DNA of 64,000 nucleotides from a virus: IMG/VR virus record IMGVR_UViG_3300031227_009907, positions 17,577 to 81,576 of that record; one strand, 5' to 3'. Shown piece by piece: positions 36,732 to 45,666 of this stretch (position 1 is its first letter; each line of letters starts with the position of its first letter). The notes under the pieces were generated by a model. It saw only the letters and a program-made list of their open reading frames with translations, ran no database searches and was not told where the DNA came from. The position numbers and the translations under genes were made by a program.

Positions 36732-37031
36732 ATGGATACTATACAAAAAATTCAAGTTCAGAATTTAAAGAAGGTTGTAGGTCGCCTTGCAAGACGGGCT
36801 ACTCTTTTGTCTATAGTTCGTCGTATAGGCCCAAAGGTATATTATACTTCCGGCGGTCTCCTTATTGGGGCTAAGGTAGCCAGTAATAGGAGAAGGAAAA
36901 GGAAGAAGAGGAAATGGGGGGGTGCTCCTTGGCGACATTTTAGTAAGGCTGCACTAATCTCGAAGCGTACGAGTGACTTGGTATTCAGTAAGATGATCGG
37001 GGAGTATGAAGATGGAACAAGTAGAGTTTGA
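36732..37031 (+). CDS. basic putative head-cargo protein
   Basis: LKK-V, FSK-A, Arg/Lys run. Confidence 0.65.
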   Translation: MDTIQKIQVQNLKKVVGRLARRATLLSIVRRIGPKVYYTSGGLLIGAKVASNRRRKRKKRKWGGAPWRHFSKAALISKRTSDLVFSKMIGEYEDGTSRV

Positions 37032-37269
37032 TTTTAAAAAGATTGTTAATGCGGGAGAAGTGAAAGAAGGGGATATATTTGCTATAAAGACGGAATATCG
37101 TTTGCATCCTGAGCAGTGTGTTAATTTTCGTAAATGTTTTGAGGAATGGTTTTCTGGGATGAAGACTTTGATTATTTTTTTTAAAGTGGGAGAAAGCATA
37201 GAACATATCTCTGAAGAAGAAATGAATAAAATGGGGTGGTATAGGAGGGATGATAGGGCAGGTAGCTGA
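37012..37269 (+). CDS. hypothetical protein
   Basis: GGGAG SD; EEEMNKMGWYR tail. Confidence 0.6.
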   Translation: MEQVEFDFKKIVNAGEVKEGDIFAIKTEYRLHPEQCVNFRKCFEEWFSGMKTLIIFFKVGESIEHISEEEMNKMGWYRRDDRAGS

Positions 37270-37459
37270 AATACCCAAGGTTCTTCATAAAACCATTTAT
37301 TGCTGTGGAGAATGCCCTTTTTACGGATATGTGCATTTACCTGGATTTCATAGTATAGGTAGTTTTATTGGATGTAGGGAGCGAAATATGTTTGTAACTG
37401 ATAGCCAAGCTCCTCCTAAAAAATGTAGGCTACCTAATTTAGAAGATAATAGTGGATAA
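37250..37459 (+). CDS. Cys-rich miniprotein
   Basis: C.ECP..C..PP..C.LP. Confidence 0.6.
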   Translation: MIGQVAEIPKVLHKTIYCCGECPFYGYVHLPGFHSIGSFIGCRERNMFVTDSQAPPKKCRLPNLEDNSG

Positions 37460-39752
37460 AGCTCATAATCCTAGACTAATAGCGACACAGCGATCTAAAA
37501 AGCCCTATAAGAAGATACCTACACAGAGAGTATCTTTAATTAAGTCTGTGATGCAGGCTGCACAAGACAATAGAAGCATCGTTATAAGCTACACGCGGGT
37601 TAGTGATGGGAAGCGAGTTAAGCGTAATTTAGATTATTATTCATTACGTTTGAGAAAAGCCGGGGGAAGGGTGCAACCGGTATTATTTGGGTATCATCCC
37701 GCACACAATAGTATTGAAATGTATGTCGTAAAGAACATTCACTGGGTCAAGCCCGGACGTAGGAAATATGAACCTATATGGCCCGTTGAGATTGGAGAGA
37801 AAGGGATAAAGAAGGGAAGGAGACAAATATCAGAGATTCTTGAATGGGTTCCTGCCGTTAAATATAAAAGGAGAATATATGTTGGGGGTGTAATGTGGGA
37901 TCGTAGTTTTAAAGATAGACCTTATTTTAGAAGGGCCATGCACCATCCTGATATTATTAGGACATATTTACAGGATGAGATAGACAGGCTTGGATATGAT
38001 GAATTTATTAAAGGAGTAACAAGGGGGTGGGTTGACCTTAATGGAAGATTTCATTCTGTGCAAGAAGTTAGGATAGGTAACGAAAAACTTGCTGCAAGAA
38101 AGCAAAGATTACAAAAGAAAATGGAAGCTGGCTATAGAAATAAGATGAGGAAAGGTGGAAATAGGCTTCAGCGTTTTATATGGAGAGATAAGCCAAGCAA
38201 TAATTATGCCTTTAGAGGGGTATCATTTGTTGAACTAAAGAATATTTATAAAACTAAACAAATTAAGTCTCATGGTAAAATGAATATTTTTGATAAGGAA
38301 CCAGGAAAAACGTATTTTTCTGATACGGCTGTAGTTGCTTCGAGTAGGGCGGCTGACTATAAAGGATACCTTTTAATACTTAAGAAAGATAAAAGATATT
38401 TAAATAGAGGGATAAGACATTGGGAGGACATGCTTTATTACACCCCCACCAAACCTGTCCCATCGTCTATTGTGAAGAGGGTTATAAAGTTTATTCCTCT
38501 TAGTGCTCCCGGTAAATGGCCCGAAGAGTGGTTTAGTTATGCTGATGTAACAAAGAGATTTAGGGATGGGTCTTTATTCAGTCGAAAGAAGAGAATAAGG
38601 AAAGTTTCTAATAAAACAAAAAAGATAAGGCAATTAGATAACTTTTTTGCTTCTCTTACAAGGGCGGTGAAGTATGGGCGTAGTGAAATATATCCAGCAA
38701 AAGACCCTTACGAAACTCACGAAGAGATTTTTGATAGGGTATATAGAATTGCAAGGGGCTCTAATGGAAAGGAGGGCTATGTTACCCCCACTGGTCGTTT
38801 TATTTCTTATTATCAAGCGTCTGTATATGAAAGAGAGTATGTTGAATTAGCTCAAGATTCTTCAATGGAATGGCCCATAGATACGGGGAAATATAAGGGG
38901 GTAAAAAACCTGTGGGAGCGTCCTAGGTCTTATAAGCGAAAGAAGAGAATAAAGAAGTCCCTTAGTGTTCCCGATGGTCCTAATATTTCTCCTGAAGGGA
39001 AAGCTTATACAATTATATGGGCAAATGGGAAGGGGCTAACTACATGGAAAACACGCAAGCAAGCCCTTCAATTTATTCGCATAAAAGGGGATGACGTAAA
39101 CAGTTTTACTTATGGAGATAAAAAAGGTCCAAAATATATGGATGTTTCTCTTATTGGTAAGGCAATAATGAAGTTCCGTAGAATGCCGTGGCATTATATT
39201 GGAATGTTACAGAGGGCATTTGGGGGTGTATCCCATCATGTATTGGCAGTGGCGGCAAGGAAAGGTAAGCTGACTATAGAAAGGTTAGCCGAAGCAGGAA
39301 TCCCTAGAGGTAAAGCCTCTTCAATTGTTGAATATCTAAAGAGAACAAGAATTCCCGGGAGAGTTAAAAAGCCTTGGGTTGCTTCATATTATCCCAAGGG
39401 AAGAGAAATTCACATGTCTCCTAATATTTTAGGGGGGAGAAAATGGGCGGCATATATACATGAAAATGCGCACGATATTTGGTTTAAGGTATTAAAGCCT
39501 AGAGAAAGAAAAATATTTACTAGAATAGTGCGTAGACATTATCCTGATTATTATAATGCAATTAAGGAAGGGTTAAAAGATAGCGGGTATAATGTGACAC
39601 AAGTCCCTGGTGAATTTTTTGTTAGAGTAGTTGAAGCACGTAGCCGTTTTCCATCTAAATATAAAAAGCTTATTGGAGATGACCGGTTTTTCCCTAAGGT
39701 AATGAATTATTTCTTTACAAAATATCCCGCTTTATTAAATCCCCATAAATAA
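37452..39752 (+). CDS. polyvalent protein: WYL-like + repeat domain + ART-like + repeat domain + zincin
   Basis: ISY..R..YSLR..LFGY..YEP.WPVEI; YAFRGVS..TYFS; HENAH..EFF. Confidence 0.75.
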   Translation: MDKAHNPRLIATQRSKKPYKKIPTQRVSLIKSVMQAAQDNRSIVISYTRVSDGKRVKRNLDYYSLRLRKAGGRVQPVLFGYHPAHNSIEMYVVKNIHWVKPGRRKYEPIWPVEIGEKGIKKGRRQISEILEWVPAVKYKRRIYVGGVMWDRSFKDRPYFRRAMHHPDIIRTYLQDEIDRLGYDEFIKGVTRGWVDLNGRFHSVQEVRIGNEKLAARKQRLQKKMEAGYRNKMRKGGNRLQRFIWRDKPSNNYAFRGVSFVELKNIYKTKQIKSHGKMNIFDKEPGKTYFSDTAVVASSRAADYKGYLLILKKDKRYLNRGIRHWEDMLYYTPTKPVPSSIVKRVIKFIPLSAPGKWPEEWFSYADVTKRFRDGSLFSRKKRIRKVSNKTKKIRQLDNFFASLTRAVKYGRSEIYPAKDPYETHEEIFDRVYRIARGSNGKEGYVTPTGRFISYYQASVYEREYVELAQDSSMEWPIDTGKYKGVKNLWERPRSYKRKKRIKKSLSVPDGPNISPEGKAYTIIWANGKGLTTWKTRKQALQFIRIKGDDVNSFTYGDKKGPKYMDVSLIGKAIMKFRRMPWHYIGMLQRAFGGVSHHVLAVAARKGKLTIERLAEAGIPRGKASSIVEYLKRTRIPGRVKKPWVASYYPKGREIHMSPNILGGRKWAAYIHENAHDIWFKVLKPRERKIFTRIVRRHYPDYYNAIKEGLKDSGYNVTQVPGEFFVRVVEARSRFPSKYKKLIGDDRFFPKVMNYFFTKYPALLNPHK

Positions 39753-39868
39753 GAGGATGGCAATAGATTAATTAAATAAGGAGCAAGGTTATTATTAAAG
39801 AATGGGGGTTCTTTGAGAAGGTTGGTATATTGGACACTATTTTAGGGGAAACTAATAAGGAGCGAAAA

Positions 39869-40051
39869 ATGGTTAATTTGGACGATAGAAAGTTTTTACA
39901 AGAATTGAGATACAAAGCTATTGCAAGAGCACACAATACCCCTAATTTAAGTTAGGTATGGGAGGAGGCTTATGAGGATTTAGCACAGGCGGCAGATAAG
40001 TTGGATGCAATGTTGGCAAGGAAAGTTATTATTGAGGAGAAAGAAGGATGA
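39869..40051 (+). pseudogene. 60-codon gene with in-frame TAG (39953-39955)
   Basis: AAGGAG SD; MVNLDDRKFLQEL..NLS*VWEEAYEDLAQAADKLDAMLAR..; ends ATGA-coupled to next gene. Confidence 0.6.
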
Positions 40052-40356
40052 AGAGGATTTGTGTTGCGTTGTTGATAGTCATTGGTTTATTGGGTATGTC
40101 TGGCTGTGTTACACTTCAGGCACAGTTCGACGAGAAAGTTGATGTCTACGCAGATAGTATTGTTGAGGCTATCGGCCCTGAGCTAACTGATGCTATCATA
40201 ACGGCGGCAGACAATGAGACCGCGAAAGCAATGGTCTTAGATTGGATTGAGGACAAGTGGCTCAAGGGAGACGATCACCCCGTTATTAAAGCGTTGCTAT
40301 CTGAGGCCGCTGATATTGTTGTCAGAGAATTAAGACAGGCCGTTGAGAGACCGTAA
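40048..40356 (+). CDS. lipoprotein
   Basis: MKR + hydrophobic stretch + MSG-C lipobox. Confidence 0.75.
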   Translation: MKRICVALLIVIGLLGMSGCVTLQAQFDEKVDVYADSIVEAIGPELTDAIITAADNETAKAMVLDWIEDKWLKGDDHPVIKALLSEAADIVVRELRQAVERP

Positions 40357-40358
40357 AG

Positions 40359-40475
40359 ATGTTTAAGAAGAAATGGGATAAAGGTCTTGTGGTCTTCGGG
40401 ATACTATTCATTGTAATAGTTATAATCTGTGCCATTATTGGCATTTTTGACATTATAAAGCTTACTGGGGGATAA
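40359..40475 (+). CDS. 38-aa single-TM peptide
   Basis: MFKKKWDKGLVVFGILFIVIVIICAIIGIFDIIKLTGG*. Confidence 0.5.
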   Translation: MFKKKWDKGLVVFGILFIVIVIICAIIGIFDIIKLTGG

Positions 40476-40478
40476 ACC

Positions 40479-40916
40479 GTGAAAGATATATGCGCGTCAT
40501 ATTTATTGACCGCTGGGATGGTGGTTTTAACCTGCTTTCTTTTTCTAGGTTGTCAATCCAGCGGCCCTACCCTTGGGGACTCCCCACAAGCCCAGGATAG
40601 TAATTCAGACGTAGGATGGTATCAGGGGGTCACGACTAAGTTGAAGCTGGCCATACAAAACCCTAAAGTGCAACTAGGGACTGGGGCAACCGGTATATTT
40701 GCTATCCTTTTTTTAATATTAAGATGGTCGTTGAAGTTTATAAACCTTTTTGGTAAATTGACAGGGAGTATTGCAACTGCTGATAAGATTGGGATGGATC
40801 GTAAAGAGTTAGGGACACTTCTTAAGATATTTAAGCAGGGATTAAAGCCTAGTGAGCTTACATTCCTTGATAAATATTTGGTTAAGAACAAAAATAAGGT
40901 AAGTATAAAGGAGTAA
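40479..40916 (+). CDS. lipoprotein with internal TM
   Basis: FLG-C lipobox; TM GATGIFAILFLILRW. Confidence 0.65.
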   Translation: MKDICASYLLTAGMVVLTCFLFLGCQSSGPTLGDSPQAQDSNSDVGWYQGVTTKLKLAIQNPKVQLGTGATGIFAILFLILRWSLKFINLFGKLTGSIATADKIGMDRKELGTLLKIFKQGLKPSELTFLDKYLVKNKNKVSIKE

Positions 40917-40917
40917 G

Positions 40918-41244
40918 GTGATGGCGGTAGACCCAAGAGCGGAAGAGAATGTTGAGCCTGGGACAAGTCCCTCTCATTATGTTGAGCGTTTGACGAAGAA
41001 GTATTTAGAGAAGGTGCTTGGTAATAAAGACGTAAAGGGGGTTGTCGTTATCGCTGAGTTTCAAGATAGCGATGAGCCAGTTGTGAGGATATGGCCCTCT
41101 GCTTCAAGGTTATTTAATGTAGGGGCATCTATGGAACTTAATGCGTTTATCGGTGAGGATGATTTTAGGTTAGAGGGCGAAGATGAGGATTTTGAGGGAA
41201 GGTTGACAGATTTGGAGTTGCAAGGAGAAGAGGAAGGAGAATAA
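40918..41244 (+). CDS. acidic hypothetical protein
   Basis: AAGGAG SD. Confidence 0.65.
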   Translation: MMAVDPRAEENVEPGTSPSHYVERLTKKYLEKVLGNKDVKGVVVIAEFQDSDEPVVRIWPSASRLFNVGASMELNAFIGEDDFRLEGEDEDFEGRLTDLELQGEEEGE

Positions 41245-41250
41245 TTAAGC

Positions 41251-42075
41251 ATGAATGAGAGCCCCATATCTATAAAAGATGGCCTGTTAAACGCAAGAGA
41301 TAGTAGGAGGAATATAGATTGCGGCGACATAAGATATGGGGCTTCTTTTTTATCTAAAGGAAGTTTGCGTAGAAAGAGAGATTTACAGATAAGGCGTCTT
41401 GAGTTATTCTTATTATCTCTTAGAAAAGCTCTTAATGTTGATGGACAGGTTATTGTGGGGAGCGAACATGAGAATCATTTACAAATAGCTGATAGAGTGG
41501 CTGTAAAGTTAGGGTATAAAGGGAGTGAAAGAGTTATTGATTTTGTGAATGGGTCAAGACGCGATGTGAATTTTGGCTTTGTAAATATAAGGACGGGGAA
41601 ATGGATTGATGAAGATGCTGCCGTTGGGTTTGAAGGGAAGTATGCACGATTGATGGGAGTGGTTGGATTGCCGAATAGAAAGATTATAAGAAAGGCTAAT
41701 AATAAGCTCCAGAAAGGTCTTTTACATTCAGGAGAGAAAGAGATTATCTTAAGCATCTGGAAGTGGCTTGAGAGGAATGGAGAATTTCAGCGTAGGATGG
41801 CTGAGATCATCACGAGGTATGGTTATGGGGGCATAGGGGGTAAGTTTGGCTCTACGGTCAAGCTATCTATGGGGAAAGCGATCAGGTTGGCTAGGGAGGC
41901 AGACCAACAACGGCTGATTGGCCTCAAGGTGTTGGCTCCTAGGGTAAGCTTCCTTGATAATGTTAGCAGAGATATGAAAAGGAGATATAAGGGGAATATA
42001 GAAACGATAGTAACTCTTCTTGGGAAGAGGAGAGACCAGTTAGTCAGTATTGCCGTTAGAAAGAAATATTCATAG
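41251..42075 (+). CDS. basic putative head-cargo protein with one repeat domain
   Basis: LSK-G; KALNVDGQVIVG..H..I..GFV..TGKWI; IRK-A; LQK-G. Confidence 0.7.
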   Translation: MNESPISIKDGLLNARDSRRNIDCGDIRYGASFLSKGSLRRKRDLQIRRLELFLLSLRKALNVDGQVIVGSEHENHLQIADRVAVKLGYKGSERVIDFVNGSRRDVNFGFVNIRTGKWIDEDAAVGFEGKYARLMGVVGLPNRKIIRKANNKLQKGLLHSGEKEIILSIWKWLERNGEFQRRMAEIITRYGYGGIGGKFGSTVKLSMGKAIRLAREADQQRLIGLKVLAPRVSFLDNVSRDMKRRYKGNIETIVTLLGKRRDQLVSIAVRKKYS

Positions 42076-42106
42076 GGTGACAAGATAATCTTAATGGAGC
42101 AAAACA

Positions 42107-42520
42107 ATGGAAAAGGTAGAGACGGAAAATAAAAGATGCTATGAATTAAAAATAGGACAATTGCGTAAAAAGGTAAAGGGGTTAGTAAATGAGAGTGGAC
42201 CCGAGGATGGCACCAGTGCATTAAGAGGGTTTGCCTTAGGTCTTGTTAATGAGATAGAGAGGTTAAGAGAAGAAATAAGGAGTAAAATTCCAATAAGATA
42301 TTTAGCGGATGTAGACCTGGAAAGGATGGGGCATAAGGAGTTAAGAGATGCTATAATAAAGAGGGAGGTTGAGAGAAGTAAGGATAAAGCCAGAGGTAAG
42401 CCAGTTAGCGAAGAGGAGGGATTGAAGAACTTTCTTGCATGGTTTAAAGGAGAAACTAATTCACGTACAATACAGCTAATAATAGAAGATTTTATAGAGG
42501 CTCGTGACAGGATTTCATAG
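42107..42520 (+). CDS. hypothetical protein
   Basis: Bracketed by 17-bp repeat TGGAGCAAAACAATGGA (42095, 42538). Confidence 0.65.
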   Translation: MEKVETENKRCYELKIGQLRKKVKGLVNESGPEDGTSALRGFALGLVNEIERLREEIRSKIPIRYLADVDLERMGHKELRDAIIKREVERSKDKARGKPVSEEEGLKNFLAWFKGETNSRTIQLIIEDFIEARDRIS

Positions 42521-42549
42521 AATATATATACGGACAGTGGAGCAAAACA

Positions 42550-43158
42550 ATGGACATGCAGGAAAGAGGGCACTTTTATAGGAAGGCATTCCCAAATTAT
42601 CCACCCTTAGCGTATAATAATGGATGGTTATACGGGGTGTGGATGATAGGGAATAACTATAAAGGAACAGGATATTACGGGAGTTATCCTCCAGGCTATG
42701 TAAAGAGGGTGATGAGTTTATTTCCAGATATGAATAATGTTCTACATTTATTCTCAGGATCATTAAAGAAAGAAGACGTAGGGGAGAAGGATGTAAGGGT
42801 AGATTTACATGACGTGAAGAATGAGAGGACAGGAGAGGTTATACAGCCAGACGTGTGTTGTGACGTCCATAAGTTGAACAAGAGTATAGGGACAGAGGTA
42901 TCCGATCTCATATTAGCCGATCCTCCTTACTCTGAAGAGGATGCTGCCCATTATGGTGTATGCTTAATTAATAGAAGAAAAGTATTTAAACAATGTTATA
43001 AGGTATTAAAATATAATGGTTATATGGTATGGTTAGATCAAGTATTTCCTATGTATAGAAAAGAATATTGGAAATTAGAAGGAACAATAGGGATTATAAG
43101 GAGCACGAATCATAGGGTGAGAGTATGTTTTATATTTAAGAAGTTAAAGGGAGAATAG
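42550..43158 (+). CDS. SAM-dependent (adenine) methyltransferase-like protein
   Basis: LHLFSG motif I, ADPPY motif IV. Confidence 0.75.
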   Translation: MDMQERGHFYRKAFPNYPPLAYNNGWLYGVWMIGNNYKGTGYYGSYPPGYVKRVMSLFPDMNNVLHLFSGSLKKEDVGEKDVRVDLHDVKNERTGEVIQPDVCCDVHKLNKSIGTEVSDLILADPPYSEEDAAHYGVCLINRRKVFKQCYKVLKYNGYMVWLDQVFPMYRKEYWKLEGTIGIIRSTNHRVRVCFIFKKLKGE

Positions 43159-43160
43159 TA

Positions 43161-43316
43161 ATGTATGAGGAACTTGAAATAGGGATAATTGCTTTAATGG
43201 TAATAAGTTTCTTAGTAGGTATTTATATAGGTAGAAGGAGTAGAGATAAAGAGGTAGATAAGGTTAGGGGAGAGCTAAATAGGCATATATGGAATTCTTA
43301 TATTAGACATGATTAA
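43161..43316 (+). CDS. small membrane protein
   Basis: MYEELEIGIIALMVISFLVGIYIGRR.., GGGAG SD. Confidence 0.5.
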   Translation: MYEELEIGIIALMVISFLVGIYIGRRSRDKEVDKVRGELNRHIWNSYIRHD

Positions 43317-43348
43317 TTACGTAGGGACTGACAAAGGAGAAGAGAGTA

Positions 43349-43861
43349 ATGACTCGCCCAAATAAGCACATGTATTATTTAAACATTGCACATGAGGTAG
43401 CCAAGAGAGGAACGTGTTTAAGAAGGAACTATGGAGCAGTAATAGTTAATAATGACCAGATAGTTTCTACAGGATATACAGGAGCGCCAAGAGGACTTCC
43501 TAATTGCACAGACAGAGGAACATGCTTAAGGGAAGAGTTAAAAGTAAAGCCAGGAGAGAATTATGAGCTATGTAGATCAGTACATGCAGAGATGAATGCT
43601 TGTTTACAGACAGGGAGAGAGAAGTGTATTGGTGCAGCATTATACTTAGAGATGATAGAATCCCCTAAAGATAATGGGATGATAGAGGGTTCTCCCCGTA
43701 TAATCCCTGAACCTTGTAGGATGTGTAAGCGAGTGATTATAAACTGTGGGATTACAACTGTGGTTACAAAAGGGATAGAAGCAAAAGCTGTTGGGAATAG
43801 AGAGTGGGTTGTTGTAACGTATGTTAAAGAATGGATAGATACAAATTTGTATGAGTTATAA
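43349..43861 (+). CDS. dCMP deaminase
   Basis: TC.RR.YGAVIV, GY.GAPRG, HAE.NA, PC..C. Confidence 0.9.
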   Translation: MTRPNKHMYYLNIAHEVAKRGTCLRRNYGAVIVNNDQIVSTGYTGAPRGLPNCTDRGTCLREELKVKPGENYELCRSVHAEMNACLQTGREKCIGAALYLEMIESPKDNGMIEGSPRIIPEPCRMCKRVIINCGITTVVTKGIEAKAVGNREWVVVTYVKEWIDTNLYEL

Positions 43862-43913
43862 GAAAAGGACGGTAAGTTAATCCCTGTTCAGGGTTTTGTG
43901 TGGAAGGGTAATA

Positions 43914-44690
43914 ATGTATGATTTTGAAAAGATTGAACCTATGGTATTTTGTTTATCAACGGGAAGGACAGGGACTTTAACTCTGGAAAGGCTTTTTAGA
44001 GATAGTCCTGAAGCCCTATGTTGGCATGAACCCTTACCTCATATATCAGTATTTCCTTTAGATAAAACAAGGTCTTTATGGGACACAAGGACGCACTTAT
44101 TTTGTCAATCTATAAAAGCGAATGTAGGATATGTAGAATTAGGCGCACACCTTACATTCATAGCCTATGAAATATCTAAAGAGCTTCCACAGTCTAAGTT
44201 TTTGCACTTAATCCGTGACCCAAGGTATTTTGTAAGATCAGGGGTAAGGAGAGGATGGTATAAGGCGGGTAGGATACATGCGGGTATGTGCCCTAAAGAA
44301 GGGGATATGTTTTATAAAGAATGGCCTCTCTTAGCAGAGTATGAGAGAGTTGCATGGAATTGGAGAAAGAGAAATGAGTGGATTAGAACATTTTGCGAGA
44401 CATTACCGAAAGAAAGGCATCTTACATTTTACTCTGAAGACTTATTTGCAGGGAATAGATTAGATGTCCTTTCAAACTTCTTAGGGCTATCTCTCCCTTG
44501 TGGAGAAAATACAGGGAAGATATTATCTTGCCCCCTTAATAGTCAGAGCGAAGGAGAGTTCCCTAAAGTTAAAGATTGGAGCATAGAGACAACGAATAGG
44601 GTGTTGAGAATAGTGGAAGATGAATTAGTAAACTATACCAGATATGCTCACTTGTTAGTTAGTCCTATAATAGAAAAAGAGGAAAAATAA
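43914..44690 (+). CDS. sulfotransferase family protein 1
   Basis: STGRTGT 5'-PSB loop, HEP, HLIRDPR..VRS 3'-PB. Confidence 0.75.
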   Translation: MYDFEKIEPMVFCLSTGRTGTLTLERLFRDSPEALCWHEPLPHISVFPLDKTRSLWDTRTHLFCQSIKANVGYVELGAHLTFIAYEISKELPQSKFLHLIRDPRYFVRSGVRRGWYKAGRIHAGMCPKEGDMFYKEWPLLAEYERVAWNWRKRNEWIRTFCETLPKERHLTFYSEDLFAGNRLDVLSNFLGLSLPCGENTGKILSCPLNSQSEGEFPKVKDWSIETTNRVLRIVEDELVNYTRYAHLLVSPIIEKEEK

Positions 44691-45493
44691 TGCACCTTCT
44701 TGATGCCTTTAAAATTAATCCCTGTGTAATAGGGTTGTCTACAGGGAGATGTGGGACGATGACATTAACGGACATATTTAAAGATGCCCCTGAAGCATTT
44801 GTTTACCACGAACCTGGTCCTCAAATGGATGGTGGACTGAATACATTTTATGGTCTTGGGGATATACCCCATAATATTGATAATTGGCTAAAGTCAAGGG
44901 AAGCCTTATTGGTTAAATCTATTTTAGCTAAAAAGGGATATGTTGAACTTGGAGGCAGGAATGCGTTTAGGTGTTATGAAGCGAACGCCTGTCTTCCTCA
45001 CTGTAAGTTCCTACACATAGTAAGAGACCCAAGAGCTTTTATTCGTTCTTGCATGAGAAGAAAATGGTATACCCCTTATGTTGGGGATAGGAGAGAAGGC
45101 TATAATATGTCTATGTTTCCAAATAGAGATGACCCTGATATTGAGCTATGGCCTAAGTGAGGGCCATTCGAGAAAGTATGTTGGTATTGGAAGAATAGAA
45201 ATAGGTTTATCCGTGAGTTCTGTAATAGGGTAGGGACAGAGAGAAGTTTATTGTTTTATGCAGAACATATATTTGCGGGAGAGTGTTTATCCAGTCTAGC
45301 AACATTCTTAGGGTTAACGCTACCTAGCGGAGAGAAGATAAGGGCTGTTCTTAGTGACAATTATAATAGGCAGAAGGAAGGTGAATTTCCTAAGCCTGAA
45401 GATTGGCCTAAGGATATGGTAGATACCGCAAATAATATCATAGGGGATGAGTTAGATCATTACCCTCTTTATTGGGCAATTAACGATAGGTAG
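44690..45493 (+). CDS. sulfotransferase family protein 2, interrupted by in-frame TGA (45158-45160)
   Basis: STGRCGT, HIVRDPR; similarity to paralog 1 continues in frame past the TGA. Confidence 0.7.
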
Positions 45494-45666
45494 AATGTTA
45501 TGATGGAATATAAAGAGAGATTGGGGGGGGCGAATATGACTGTCTTTCAAGGTTTAACTATCGTATGGGGCGTAGAGAGCGGTAACGTCTTAATACAATG
45601 AAGTAGTAAGACGATAATCTTAAAGTAGCAATCTGTAAAATAGTTATATAATTAGGAGGACATATA

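Noticed and set aside
45158-45160. Selenocysteine codon
   Set aside because: Aligned paralog residue is Leu, not Cys, and no convincing SECIS hairpin follows
39869-45493. Genome-wide TAG or TGA reassignment
   Set aside because: Long conserved genes are uninterrupted in code 11 and many genes end properly at TAG/TGA; only two isolated internal stops were seen
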